Origin: Pedosphaera sp.
Lineage (GTDB): Bacteria > Verrucomicrobiota > Verrucomicrobiia > Limisphaerales > SIBH01
DNA length: 32,620 bases
Reading direction: 5' to 3'
NCBI GenBank assembly: GCA_031414955.1
Contig: JANOQV010000141.1
Location: 1 to 32,620, forward strand
The first letter of the stretch is position 1; each line of letters starts with the position of its first letter. Below are positions 1-8,900 of this stretch, piece after piece. The notes under the pieces are model-generated. The model had not been told where the DNA came from. It did not search any database and worked only from the letters and a program-made list of their open reading frames with translations. The translations under genes were made by a program, and so were the position numbers.

Positions 1-13
1 TTTGCTGGGGATT

Positions 14-60
14 CCCCTCTCCCTGACCCTCTCCCCACTCCTGCGTCGTGGGGAGAGGGG
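14..60. repeat. CCCTCTCCC...GGGAGAGGG palindromic intergenic element
   Basis: 12-bp perfect stem ccctctccccac (27-38) / gtggggagaggg (48-59) with a 9-nt loop, preceded by a second ccctctccc copy. Resembles a common short intergenic repeat family. Confidence 0.7.
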
Positions 61-82
61 ACTTGTGTAGATACCAATGGCG

Positions 83-121
83 TCAGCCGTGGGCTACTTT
101 CTGACTCCGCTCCGCGGCTGA
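83..121. repeat. Imperfect hairpin just downstream of the CBM48 gene (REP-like or terminator)
   Basis: tcagccgtgg (83-92) pairs with ccgcggctga (112-121) at 9/10 positions. Confidence 0.4.
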
Positions 122-135
122 AATTGAACCCCGTC

Positions 136-444
136 TCAACTGACCGGAATCAAGGACACACGCTGATTCTGGTCGTCGCGAGTGATGCCCTGCGCTCGCG
201 GGTCGAGGGTGAGCACGCCATCCACCAGGAACGCATAGCGATGGTGGCCATGCTTGAGGTCCACGTTGATCAGCCAGGCGCCATCCGTCATCTGCTTCAT
301 GGGATGCGAGTGCGCGTTCCACTGGTTGAAATCCCCCACCAGCGTCACTGACTGGGCCTGGGGCGCGGTGCAGATAAAATTCATGGAGCGCAAGTTGAGC
401 TTGGGAGCCGGGCGCCTCATTGGACTGTAAGAACTCATGTTCAT
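136..444 (-). CDS. Stand-alone glycogen-binding domain protein (CBM48 / isoamylase early-set-like)
   Basis: Contains APQAQSVTLVGDFNQWN...MKQ..DGAW....LKHG.HRYAFLVDG...LDP, the typical CBM48/AMPK-beta pattern. Start set at ATG 444 (alternative 438) because the longer ORF overlaps the upstream gene. Confidence 0.85.
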   Translation of the reverse strand: MNMSSYSPMRRPAPKLNLRSMNFICTAPQAQSVTLVGDFNQWNAHSHPMKQMTDGAWLINVDLKHGHHRYAFLVDGVLTLDPRAQGITRDDQNQRVSLIPVS

Positions 445-467
445 GATTTGCTTCGAGAGACTGTAGC

Positions 468-1403
468 TCAACCGAGGAGGTTTCGCAGAATGGTCAGGGC
501 CGTGCGGCGGATTTGCTCCGACTGTGCGTCGAGCGTCCGGTATTCGTCGGTCCACTCGGAGCCGGACTGGTGGCGCTCGCGCCAGAGCGTCTTGAGCACA
601 CGCTCGGTGCGTTCGACCTGCGAAGTGGCCGAGGCGAACGACTCCGGCCCCTCCAGGAGGTCGGAGATTTCGCCCACCAGAAACCGGGTGATCTTTTTCC
701 CGCCGGCCGCCGCCTTGACCAGCATGACCACCGTCTGTTCGTAGGCGAACCAGCGGTCCTTCATCACTTCCTGGAGGAATTCATGGCGCACGGCGAAAAA
801 CTCCGAGCGCGGGCGCTCCGTCATCTCGCGAATTTTTTGGGCCTCGGCGGGAAACCAGTTGTAGAGCAGAGCGAAGGTGCCGTAGGTGTCGATGAGATGC
901 TTGGAGTTCCCCTGGTCGGTGGCGATTTCGCCGACGCAGATGTCCTGGTCCAGTTCGGCCACAATCTCCGGCAAATCATGCAACCGGCTGAGCACATGCT
1001 GGCCGGCGACGGTGCCGTAATCGAAGTCGCCGGGAATCAGCCAGTAGATGTCGCCCTTCGCGCCCAACTCAAAGGCGTGGCCCAGACCGGAGTACCACAT
1101 CTGGCAGGTGTCCACACACCAGTCGTCGAGGATGTCCGAGTGGCGCGCGACCACCTTCTCGCGAAAGTCGGCAAACTTCTTGTCACCTGCGGCCGAGAAG
1201 AAGGTCTTGCGGTCCATGACCGTGATGGGACGCGCGTAGGTTGTCCGGTCGCCATCCAGCCGGGCCACCAGTTCATAAAGCGCGGCCAGGTGGGAGTAAT
1301 CCTTGCGCTGCTTGAACGGGTAAATCACAACGGGATGAATGCGTCCGGCCCGCGCGGCTCTCGCGGAGGACTGTCGTGCCCTGGATTCGGCAGTGGATTT
1401 CAT
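468..1403 (-). CDS. Divergent GT-A fold glycosyltransferase-like protein
   Basis: Ordered GT-A elements: PVVIYP, PITVMD, GLGHAF..GAKGDIYWLIPGDFD (DxD), DICVG, RPRSEFFAVRHEFL, FAYE...KAAAGGKKITRF. Start ATG 1403 is supported by a promoter-like motif. Confidence 0.6.
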   Translation of the reverse strand: MKSTAESRARQSSARAARAGRIHPVVIYPFKQRKDYSHLAALYELVARLDGDRTTYARPITVMDRKTFFSAAGDKKFADFREKVVARHSDILDDWCVDTCQMWYSGLGHAFELGAKGDIYWLIPGDFDYGTVAGQHVLSRLHDLPEIVAELDQDICVGEIATDQGNSKHLIDTYGTFALLYNWFPAEAQKIREMTERPRSEFFAVRHEFLQEVMKDRWFAYEQTVVMLVKAAAGGKKITRFLVGEISDLLEGPESFASATSQVERTERVLKTLWRERHQSGSEWTDEYRTLDAQSEQIRRTALTILRNLLG

Positions 1404-1463
1404 GGCGCGATGTTGCTCGCCCGCACCGGGATTCGCCAAGACTTTCTTCATCTTCGTGCCAAA

Positions 1464-1543
1464 AAATCTCTCTGCCAAGAACTCGCCCAGTCTCCTGTCC
1501 AGCCCCGGAATTATGGCAGAAAGATTTGATGGCAGAAAAATGA
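1464..1543. repeat. Short TGGCAGAAA repeat cluster
   Basis: tggcagaaagattt (1514-1527) and tggcagaaaaatga (1530-1543) are direct copies; aaatctctctgcca (1464-1477) is an inverted copy (13/14). Confidence 0.55.
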
Positions 1544-1636
1544 GGGAGGGGCATCAGGAACCTATTTCCCCGCCCTTCCCGCGCCAAAGCAGCGTGATTC
1601 TATCTCAGCAGTTTATGGAGGCGGCTTTTCGACAAC

Positions 1637-3097
1637 TCACCTCGGCAAAACCGCATTCATCTCGCGCCGCCAGGTTTGCAGACGGTCGTGCCGCGCGGCC
1701 CCGGACCGGGCCGGGATGTGGCGGGAGACATCCACGTCTTCGTAGAGATTTTTCCAGAGCGCGGGCTGGAAGCCGGGATTGGGCGCGTTGGTTTGCGCGT
1801 CCACTTCCAGAAGCCAGAGCGAGTGCAGTTGCCGGAAATCAGCCACACGCTCGGACTGGCGCGCGGCGAGATTGTTGGTTTCGCCCGGATCAGCCGCGAG
1901 ATCGTAAAGCTCCGGCACACCCGTGTCGTAGTGCTCGATGAATTTCCAATCCCCCCAGCGCAGTGCGCCACCCGGCCGGCTGCCTTGATTGGTGTAATGA
2001 GGAAAATGCCAGAAGATCGGTCGCTCGCGTTGCCCCGGGCCCGCGCCCGTGAGCAGTGCGGCAAAGCTCTCGCCATCCAGGCCGCGCGGGATTGACGCGC
2101 CGACCAGTTCCATCAAGGTCGGAAACCAGTCGGTGTTGATGACCGGCGCGTCCACCACGCGCCCGGCCGGCACGCGCTCCGGCCAGCGGACGATGAGCGG
2201 CACGCGCACCCCACCTTCGTAGAGAAAGCCTTTGCCGGCGCGATAAGGAGAATTGTCCGTGATGCTTTGGTGCGGCCCCTCCGGCACATGCAGTCCGCCG
2301 TTGTCGCTGGTGAAGATCACCAGCGTGTTCGTGGCCAGCCCAAGTTCATCCAGTTTCGCGAGGAGCAAGCCCACCGAGTCGTCGAGCGTCTCGATGACCG
2401 CAGCGTACATCGGATCGAAGGCGCGGGAATTTTTCGCGAGGAGATTAGTTCGCGCGGAATACGGAATGTGCGGCGAGTTGTGCGCGAGGTAGAGGAAGAA
2501 GGGGCGGGCCCGGTTGGTCTCGATGAACTGCATGGCGGCGCGGGTCAGACCGTACTCACCTTTCCCGCCTTCGGTATCGCTGGGAACCGTGACCGCCTGG
2601 CCGGGGTGATACACCGCGAAGCCTTGCTCGGTCGGCAGGAAGCCTTTGCCGCCCAGATGCCACTTGCCCACGCAGGCCGTGGCGTAGCCTTGCTGGCCCA
2701 GTGCTTCCGCCAGCGTGGTCTCGCGCAGCGGGAGTTGCTGATTGATCCGCGGGTGCAGCAATTTCTGCGACGGCGCATCAGCCCGCCCCGGCAGAAAAGT
2801 AGTCAGGTGCAATCGCGCCGGAGCCTTGCCAGTGAGAATGGCCGCCCGCGACGGCGAGCAAATCGGCTGCGCACAGTACGACGCAGTAAAGCGCGTGCCA
2901 CCCCGGGCCAACCGGTCAAGGTTCGGGGTGTGGTGTGCGGCCCGGCCGTAACAGTTCAGATCGTTGCGGCCCAGATCGTCGGCGAGAATGAACACGATGT
3001 TGGGCCGAGATGCGTCAGCCGCAGCGGCGGCGGCGGCAAACCACCACCCCACCGCGAGAGCCAGCCCGAGCTGGAGATGATTTTGAAGAAGGCGCAT
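1637..3097 (-). CDS. Secreted arylsulfatase (S1, formylglycine-dependent)
   Basis: Signal peptide, RPNIVFILADDLG, CSPSRAAILTG (CxPxR), GKWHLG, FTSDNGG, KGFLYEGGVRVP. Confidence 0.95.
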   Translation of the reverse strand: MRLLQNHLQLGLALAVGWWFAAAAAAADASRPNIVFILADDLGRNDLNCYGRAAHHTPNLDRLARGGTRFTASYCAQPICSPSRAAILTGKAPARLHLTTFLPGRADAPSQKLLHPRINQQLPLRETTLAEALGQQGYATACVGKWHLGGKGFLPTEQGFAVYHPGQAVTVPSDTEGGKGEYGLTRAAMQFIETNRARPFFLYLAHNSPHIPYSARTNLLAKNSRAFDPMYAAVIETLDDSVGLLLAKLDELGLATNTLVIFTSDNGGLHVPEGPHQSITDNSPYRAGKGFLYEGGVRVPLIVRWPERVPAGRVVDAPVINTDWFPTLMELVGASIPRGLDGESFAALLTGAGPGQRERPIFWHFPHYTNQGSRPGGALRWGDWKFIEHYDTGVPELYDLAADPGETNNLAARQSERVADFRQLHSLWLLEVDAQTNAPNPGFQPALWKNLYEDVDVSRHIPARSGAARHDRLQTWRREMNAVLPR

Positions 3098-3245
3098 GGC
3101 CCATTCATCCCGCCGCACGGCAGGAAAGACAAGCCGAGTTCGTGGGGAATCTCACCCCGACGCAACTGGCGTCCCAACTGTTCGCGCCCAAACGACGCCG
3201 CCAGCTCCAGGGTTGTGCCTAAATTCGTCACGACGGAGAATGCTT

Positions 3246-3467
3246 TTTTGAACCCGAATTCCGAGGCCGGAGAAGCCTGGCCGGTCATGGGCGCGGAGCG
3301 CCCATCATCGGAGCGCGGGTTTTCAACCCGCAGCCAGCCGCTCCCGCCGAGGATCGAAATAGTCCCTGCGACTTCCGCCCCGGCCACGCGCGGCGGGTTG
3401 AAAACCCGCGCTCCGGGGCCAGGCCACTGGCCGGGCTGTGGTTCGACTTCGCAGTTCGGGTTGAAAA
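3246..3467. mobile_element. MITE-like element with imperfect ~40-bp terminal inverted repeats enclosing a REP doublet
   Basis: ttttgaacccgaattccgaggccg (from 3246) matches the reverse complement of the segment ending at 3467 (ttttcaacccgaactgcgaagtcg) at 19/24, then agcctggccggt / agcccggccagt at 10/12. Non-coding. Confidence 0.5.
3309..3415. repeat. REP doublet (REPIN-like)
   Basis: Perfect 23-bp inverted repeat: cggagcgcgggttttcaacccgc (3309-3331) / gcgggttgaaaacccgcgctccg (3393-3415). Each arm is a GGAG tetranucleotide followed by a GCGGGTT-ttc-AACCCGC hairpin. Confidence 0.85.
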
Positions 3468-3513
3468 GTCGTGCCCTTCGCGCGGCCAGCGACGCGAACT
3501 TCAACAGCCCGGT

Positions 3514-3876
3514 TCATTCCACCACGAACGTGTCGCTGTGCTCGTAGCAGGGCGCGCAGCAGCAGAGCAGCCGCAGCGTGTCGAAGCCCGTGTTCCAGAG
3601 CTTGTGTTTTTGGCCCGGCGGGATGGCGACGGCATCGCCGGTTTTCACTTCGCGCAGTTCGTCCTCGATCTTCATGCGGCCCGTGCCGTGGGTGATGAAA
3701 TAAATCTCCTCCGACTTGGCGTGATAATGCTCCTGCGTGCTCGCGCCCACCGGCAGCCGCGCCTCGGCCAGGCTTTGATGGCGAATGACCGAGTTGCGAT
3801 AGGCCAGCAGTTCACGAATCTCCGATCCGTCCTTGGTGATAAACGGCGGGACCTCGGCAATGTTTTTCACATCCAT
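3514..3876 (-). CDS. Cupin domain protein (Cupin_2)
   Basis: EHYHAKSEEIYFITHGTG and GDAVAIPPGQKHKLWN are the two cupin motifs with the H-H-E...H metal set. Start ATG 3876. Confidence 0.92.
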   Translation of the reverse strand: MDVKNIAEVPPFITKDGSEIRELLAYRNSVIRHQSLAEARLPVGASTQEHYHAKSEEIYFITHGTGRMKIEDELREVKTGDAVAIPPGQKHKLWNTGFDTLRLLCCCAPCYEHSDTFVVE

Positions 3877-4074
3877 GCCCGGGATGGTTCCGCAAGCCCG
3901 CTGCCTCGCCAAATCAAAACGAAATTGCGCCTCGGGCACGATCATGCGGACCGGATGCCGGCGATGGGCCGGTCCAAACGGGATTCCCCTACCCGGCTCT
4001 CCGCATTCCACCGGGGTGGCCACCGCTGGTTTGCCCCGATGGCAGCCAGGTCACAGTCATGAAATTGTGGGCGT

Positions 4075-4103
4075 GAATCTATCGTCCTGTGACGAATAGA
4101 TTC
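4075..4103. promoter_or_regulatory. Near-perfect palindrome over the putative start of the MbnP-MbnH operon
   Basis: GAATCTATCGTC-ctgt-GACG(A)ATAGATTC: 12-bp arms with one bulged A, overlapping GTG 4089. Confidence 0.4.
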
Positions 4104-5912
4104 CGCCTTGTGAGGATCGCCATCAAATCAACGATAAGAGAGCGCCGCGCCCGAACGGTGTGGGCGGGCTTGTTCCTGTGCGGTGCGCTGGCCTGCTTCG
4201 GGCAGGATTCCCGCCAGAAACTCCGCCTGGAGTTTGAGCCGGAGTGGCAAGGGAAACCGCTGCGGCTGAACCAACGACTCGACCACAAAGCGGGCGGGGA
4301 ATTTTCCATTAGCCGCCTTGATGGTCTGATTTCCCAACTGGCCCTGCAGCGGCTGGATGGAACCTGGCTGGAAACCGACCGTTGGTATTTTTTCCTGAGC
4401 GTGAGTCAGGGTCGTCTCACCACCACGGCGGATGGTTTGCCGGCCCAGGAGTTCAAGGCGCTACGGTTTCGGGTGGGGCTTGATCCCAAGACGGATGCCG
4501 GCGACCCGCAGGTCTGGCCGGCGGACCATGCGCTGCATCCCGATGTCTGCGGCCTGCACTGGGGCTGGAACTCCGGCTACGTGTTTCTCGCCGTGGAAGG
4601 CCGCTGGCAACCGGAGCCGGCGCGCAGCAGCGGATTCTCCTATCACCTGGCCGGAGCGAAGGCACCGATGGTGGTGGAGGTGCCGGTCAAATTCTCCGGC
4701 GCTCAACCCACGACCATTCGCTTGAGCATGGAGATGAGCACGGTGCTGGCGGCGGGCGAAGTGTTGCGTGAATCCTCCTCCACTCATTCCCGGGACGGCG
4801 ATGCCCTGGCGATGCGGCTCAAGGCTCGGGTCACAAAGTCCTTCGCCGTGCAGAGCGTCACGACGGATCTCTATCAGGCGAAAACCGAGTTACTGTCTTC
4901 AATCCAGCCGCTGCCCGTCGGCACCAGGCCGTTCCCGCTGAACATTTCCGAGCGGCTGCCCAAGGTAAAACTGCCTGCCGACAATCCGTTGACCATCGAG
5001 GGCGTGGAACTGGGCCGTCGCCTCTTTCACGAGACGCGGCTCTCGCGCAACAACTCGCAGTCCTGCGCTTCGTGCCACGATCAGGCCAAAGGTTTCACCG
5101 ACGGTCTGACCCGCAGTCTCGGCGAGAGCGGCCAGAGCGGACGCCGCAATGCCATGCCTCTCGCCAATCTGGCTTGGGAGAAGGATTTCTTCTGGGACGG
5201 CCGCGCGAAGTCGTTGCGCGAGCAAGTGCTCAAGCCCATCCAGGACGCGCATGAGATGAACGAGACGCTGGAGCGCGTCACGGCCAAGCTGGAAGCAGAT
5301 CAAGAATACCGGGCGCGGTTCCAAGCCGCGTTTGGCAGCGCCGGCATCACACCGGAGCGCCTCGCCCAGGCTCTTGAACAGTTCCTGCTCACGCTGGTCT
5401 CGCAGGATTCCAAGTTTGATCGCGCCGCGCGCAAGCTCGTGACCCTGACGCCGCAGGAGCAGCGCGGCTTGCAACTCTTCGTCACCGAGCACGACCCGGC
5501 GCGCGGATTGCGCGGTGCCGATTGTTTTCACTGCCACGGCGGCAATCTCTTTCGCAACCAGCAGTTCATGAACAACGGACTGGAGGAGCGCGCCGGGGAT
5601 CGAGGCCGCATGGAAGTGACCGGTGCGGCGGCGGACCGCGGGAAATTCAAAGTGCCAACCCTGCGCAATGTCGCCCTGACCGCGCCCTACATGCACGACG
5701 GCCGCTTCGCCACGCTTGAGGAAGTCGTCGAGCACTACAACGGTTCCCTGCACCGCGCGCCCACGCTGGACCCGAATCTGGCCAAGCATCCCGCCGCCGG
5801 TCTTGGCCTGAGCACGGAGGACAAGGCCGCGCTTGTGGCCTTTCTCAAGACACTCACCGACGAGACTTTCACCGGAACGGCAACCCCGCCGCAATTGACC
5901 CAAACCAAGTAA
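4089..5912 (+). CDS. Fused MbnP-family copper-binding domain + MbnH/MauG-like di-heme cytochrome c peroxidase-family protein
   Basis: N-terminal half: [22 protein letters not shown] (WxW at aa 158-160) and FSYHLA. C-terminal half: [24 protein letters not shown] (aa 326), FFWDGRA, CFHCH (aa 479), [29 protein letters not shown]. Exact start uncertain. Confidence 0.85.
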   Translation: MTNRFRLVRIAIKSTIRERRARTVWAGLFLCGALACFGQDSRQKLRLEFEPEWQGKPLRLNQRLDHKAGGEFSISRLDGLISQLALQRLDGTWLETDRWYFFLSVSQGRLTTTADGLPAQEFKALRFRVGLDPKTDAGDPQVWPADHALHPDVCGLHWGWNSGYVFLAVEGRWQPEPARSSGFSYHLAGAKAPMVVEVPVKFSGAQPTTIRLSMEMSTVLAAGEVLRESSSTHSRDGDALAMRLKARVTKSFAVQSVTTDLYQAKTELLSSIQPLPVGTRPFPLNISERLPKVKLPADNPLTIEGVELGRRLFHETRLSRNNSQSCASCHDQAKGFTDGLTRSLGESGQSGRRNAMPLANLAWEKDFFWDGRAKSLREQVLKPIQDAHEMNETLERVTAKLEADQEYRARFQAAFGSAGITPERLAQALEQFLLTLVSQDSKFDRAARKLVTLTPQEQRGLQLFVTEHDPARGLRGADCFHCHGGNLFRNQQFMNNGLEERAGDRGRMEVTGAAADRGKFKVPTLRNVALTAPYMHDGRFATLEEVVEHYNGSLHRAPTLDPNLAKHPAAGLGLSTEDKAALVAFLKTLTDETFTGTATPPQLTQTK

Positions 5913-5916
5913 GCCT

Positions 5917-8900
5917 ATGAAACCCCAATCCTCCTCGTTCCGCCGCGCGCGCGCCGCCGTCATGTGCAGCCTCGCGGCCTGCTCAGTGTTTTCTCCCGCC
6001 GTGCGCGCCGATGAAGATCCTCACGTCCAGGCGGACACTTTTGCGGCCGAAGCCGCCGCGCTCCTCCCGGCGGCGGACGTCATCTCAAAAGCCGTGCCCA
6101 CTCCGACCCAGCGCATCCTCTATGGCAACTGGAGTTCGGTGATACCCTGGACTCCGCACATCCCGGTCTCGGCCGCCACCCTGCCGGATGGGCGCGTGCT
6201 CACCTTCGCCTCGAACGAGCGCACTTCATTTCCAGCCGGACCCGAGTTCACTTACGCAGCCACCTGGAATCCGGCCACGGGGCAGTTCGTGGAATACAAT
6301 CACCCAAGCCACGACATGTTTTGCGGCGCGCTCGTGATGTTGCCCGATGGCCGAGTGCTGGTGAATGGCGGGCGCAACACCACGATCCGCTCGAGCATTT
6401 TCGACTACCGATCCAACGCCTGGACGCGCACGCCGGACATGAATGACGCGCGGTGGTACAACACCACCGTGGCCCTGCCCAACGGCCGCGCCTGGACCGT
6501 GAGCGGCAGTGGCGGCTCAGGCACGGCGGAACGATTCGATGTCGCCACGGGCTGGAGCCGGCAGACGGGCATCAACTGGAACCTGGTCACGAGCGAGCCG
6601 GGCTACATCAACATCTGGCATCCCTTTCTCGTCGTGGCTCCGGATGGTCGCCTGATTCACTTCGGACCGACCGACACGATGCACTGGGTGAACACGGACA
6701 ACACCGGCAGCATGACCAACACCGGCACGGTCGTCCCCGGCGCGCATTATCCGAAGGAAGGCTCGTGGGTGATGTTCGATGAAGGCCGCATTCTGGTGGC
6801 CGGCGGCGGTTCCAACACCACGGCCAATCCCAACGACACCACCACCGGCATCAGCAGCAAGACGGCCTACACCGTGGATGTCCGCACGGGCACGCCGGTG
6901 GTGACGCCCGCGGCCTCCCTGAATTTCGCGCGGCAGTTCGCCAACGCCACCGTCCTGCCCAACGGTGAAGTCATCGTCATGGGCGGCAACACCTCCGGCC
7001 TCAAGTTCAACGACACCGGTTCCATCCTCACTCCCGAAATTTGGAACCCCACCAACGGCCAGTGGCGCCAGGCGGCGGACATGTCCGTGCCGCGCAACTA
7101 CCATTCGCTCGCCTTGCTGCTGCCCGATGGACGCGTGCTTTCCGGCGGCGGCGGTCTCGGCGGCGGCAATCATCAGGACGCGCAGCTCTACACGCCGCCC
7201 ACGCTCTTCAATGCCGACGGCACCCTCGCCACCCGGCCCGTGCTCAGCGCCGCGCCGGCCAAGGTGGGCGCGGCCACGCGCTTCAACGTCTCGGGCACGG
7301 CGGGCTTGCAGAAATTCAGCTTCATCAAGATGTCGGCCATCACGCATTCGGTGAACACCGACTTGCGTTACCTCTCGCTCCCGTTCACGGAAACTTCGCA
7401 GGGCAATTACGAACTCACGGCGCACGCCAGCTTGAACGTGATGACGCCGGGCTACTGGATGCTCTTCGGCCTGAACGCGGCCGGCGTTCATTCCGTCGCG
7501 AAAATTGTCCAGGTGGATGCCGTCGCGGCGGTCAACGTCACGCCGCCCGGAAACCAGTCCTCGTACGTCAGCCAGCCCGCTTCCTTGCAGATGATTGGCA
7601 CCGGCCCGGCGGGCAGCGTGTTGAACTGGTCGGCTCTCGGCTTGCCGGCTGGCCTCGCCATCCACGGCACCAACGGACTGATCTCCGGCACGCCGACCAA
7701 CACCGGCACCTTCACGGCCCAGGTCACACTGCGCGCCGGGGCGGCTTCAAACACGACGGCCTTCACCTGGACGATTCAGCCGGCGACCTTCAGCCGGAAC
7801 TTCACCACCTTCACCAACGCCACCGGCCTGACTCTGAACGGCAACGCCGCGCTCTCCGGCAACGTGTTGCGCCTCGCGCCCAAGACGAAAAACAAAGTCG
7901 GTTCCGCCTTCCTGACGGCGCCGATTCTGATCAGCTCGAACACCTCGCTCTCCACGCGGTTTGTTTTCCGAACCCACGGCACCACCGATGGCGCGGATGG
8001 ACTGGCCTTCATCATCCAGGGGAACGCGGCCACGGCCATCGGCGGCGGCAACAGCGGTCTCGGCTACTCCGGGATGACGAAGAGCCTCGCGGTGGAGATG
8101 GACAACAACCAAAACACCGGCGACCCGAATGGCAATCACCTCGGCCTCCTCACCAACGGCAATGTGACCGCGCATCTCGCCACCTTCACGCCGGGCTGGG
8201 ATCTGGAAGACGGACAGAGCCACACGATCTGGGTGGAGTATGACGGCGTGTCCAATCAACTGCGTGTCTATGCCGCGCAGGGCATTGTCACCACGCGTCC
8301 CGGCAGTCCCGTGCTGACCGCGACCATCGATCTCCCGACCGTCGTGGGCGGGAGCCAGGCCTGGGTCGGTTTCAGCGGTGCGACCGGGTCAGTGAACAAC
8401 AATCACGACATCGAAAGTTGGAGCCTGACCGTGAATGCGTTCTCGCTGCCGGCCCAGCCAGTGCTGACCGCGCCCGGAGTCTCGACCTCGGTGATTGGCT
8501 CCGTGATCAGCCGGCAGCTTTCCGCCACCGATCCCAACGGCGATCTGCTGACCTGGAGCGCAACCGGTTTGCCCACCGGACTCTCCATCAATCCAGCCTC
8601 GGGACTGATCTCGGGCACACCCAGTCTCGTGGGAGTTTTCTCTCCCACCGTGGCCGTGACTGACAGCAACACGCCTCCAGTCAGCGCAAACTTCACCTGG
8701 ACGATCAACGATCTGCTCGCGGTTCAACCTCTCTCCGGCACTGTGGTGCTGGCCGGTTCCACGGTCACGAACACCGCCGTGTCTTCGGGAGGATTGAACC
8801 CCCAGTATCGCTGGAACTTCGGAGACGGTTCCCCGGACACGGCCTTCTCCAGTTCGCCCACGACCACGCACGCGTTTCCCATTCCAGGCCGCTATGCGAT

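Noticed and set aside
4089..5912. Methanobactin biosynthetic cluster or mauG/TTQ system
   Set aside because: No MbnA/B/C, TonB receptor or amine dehydrogenase subunits in the window.
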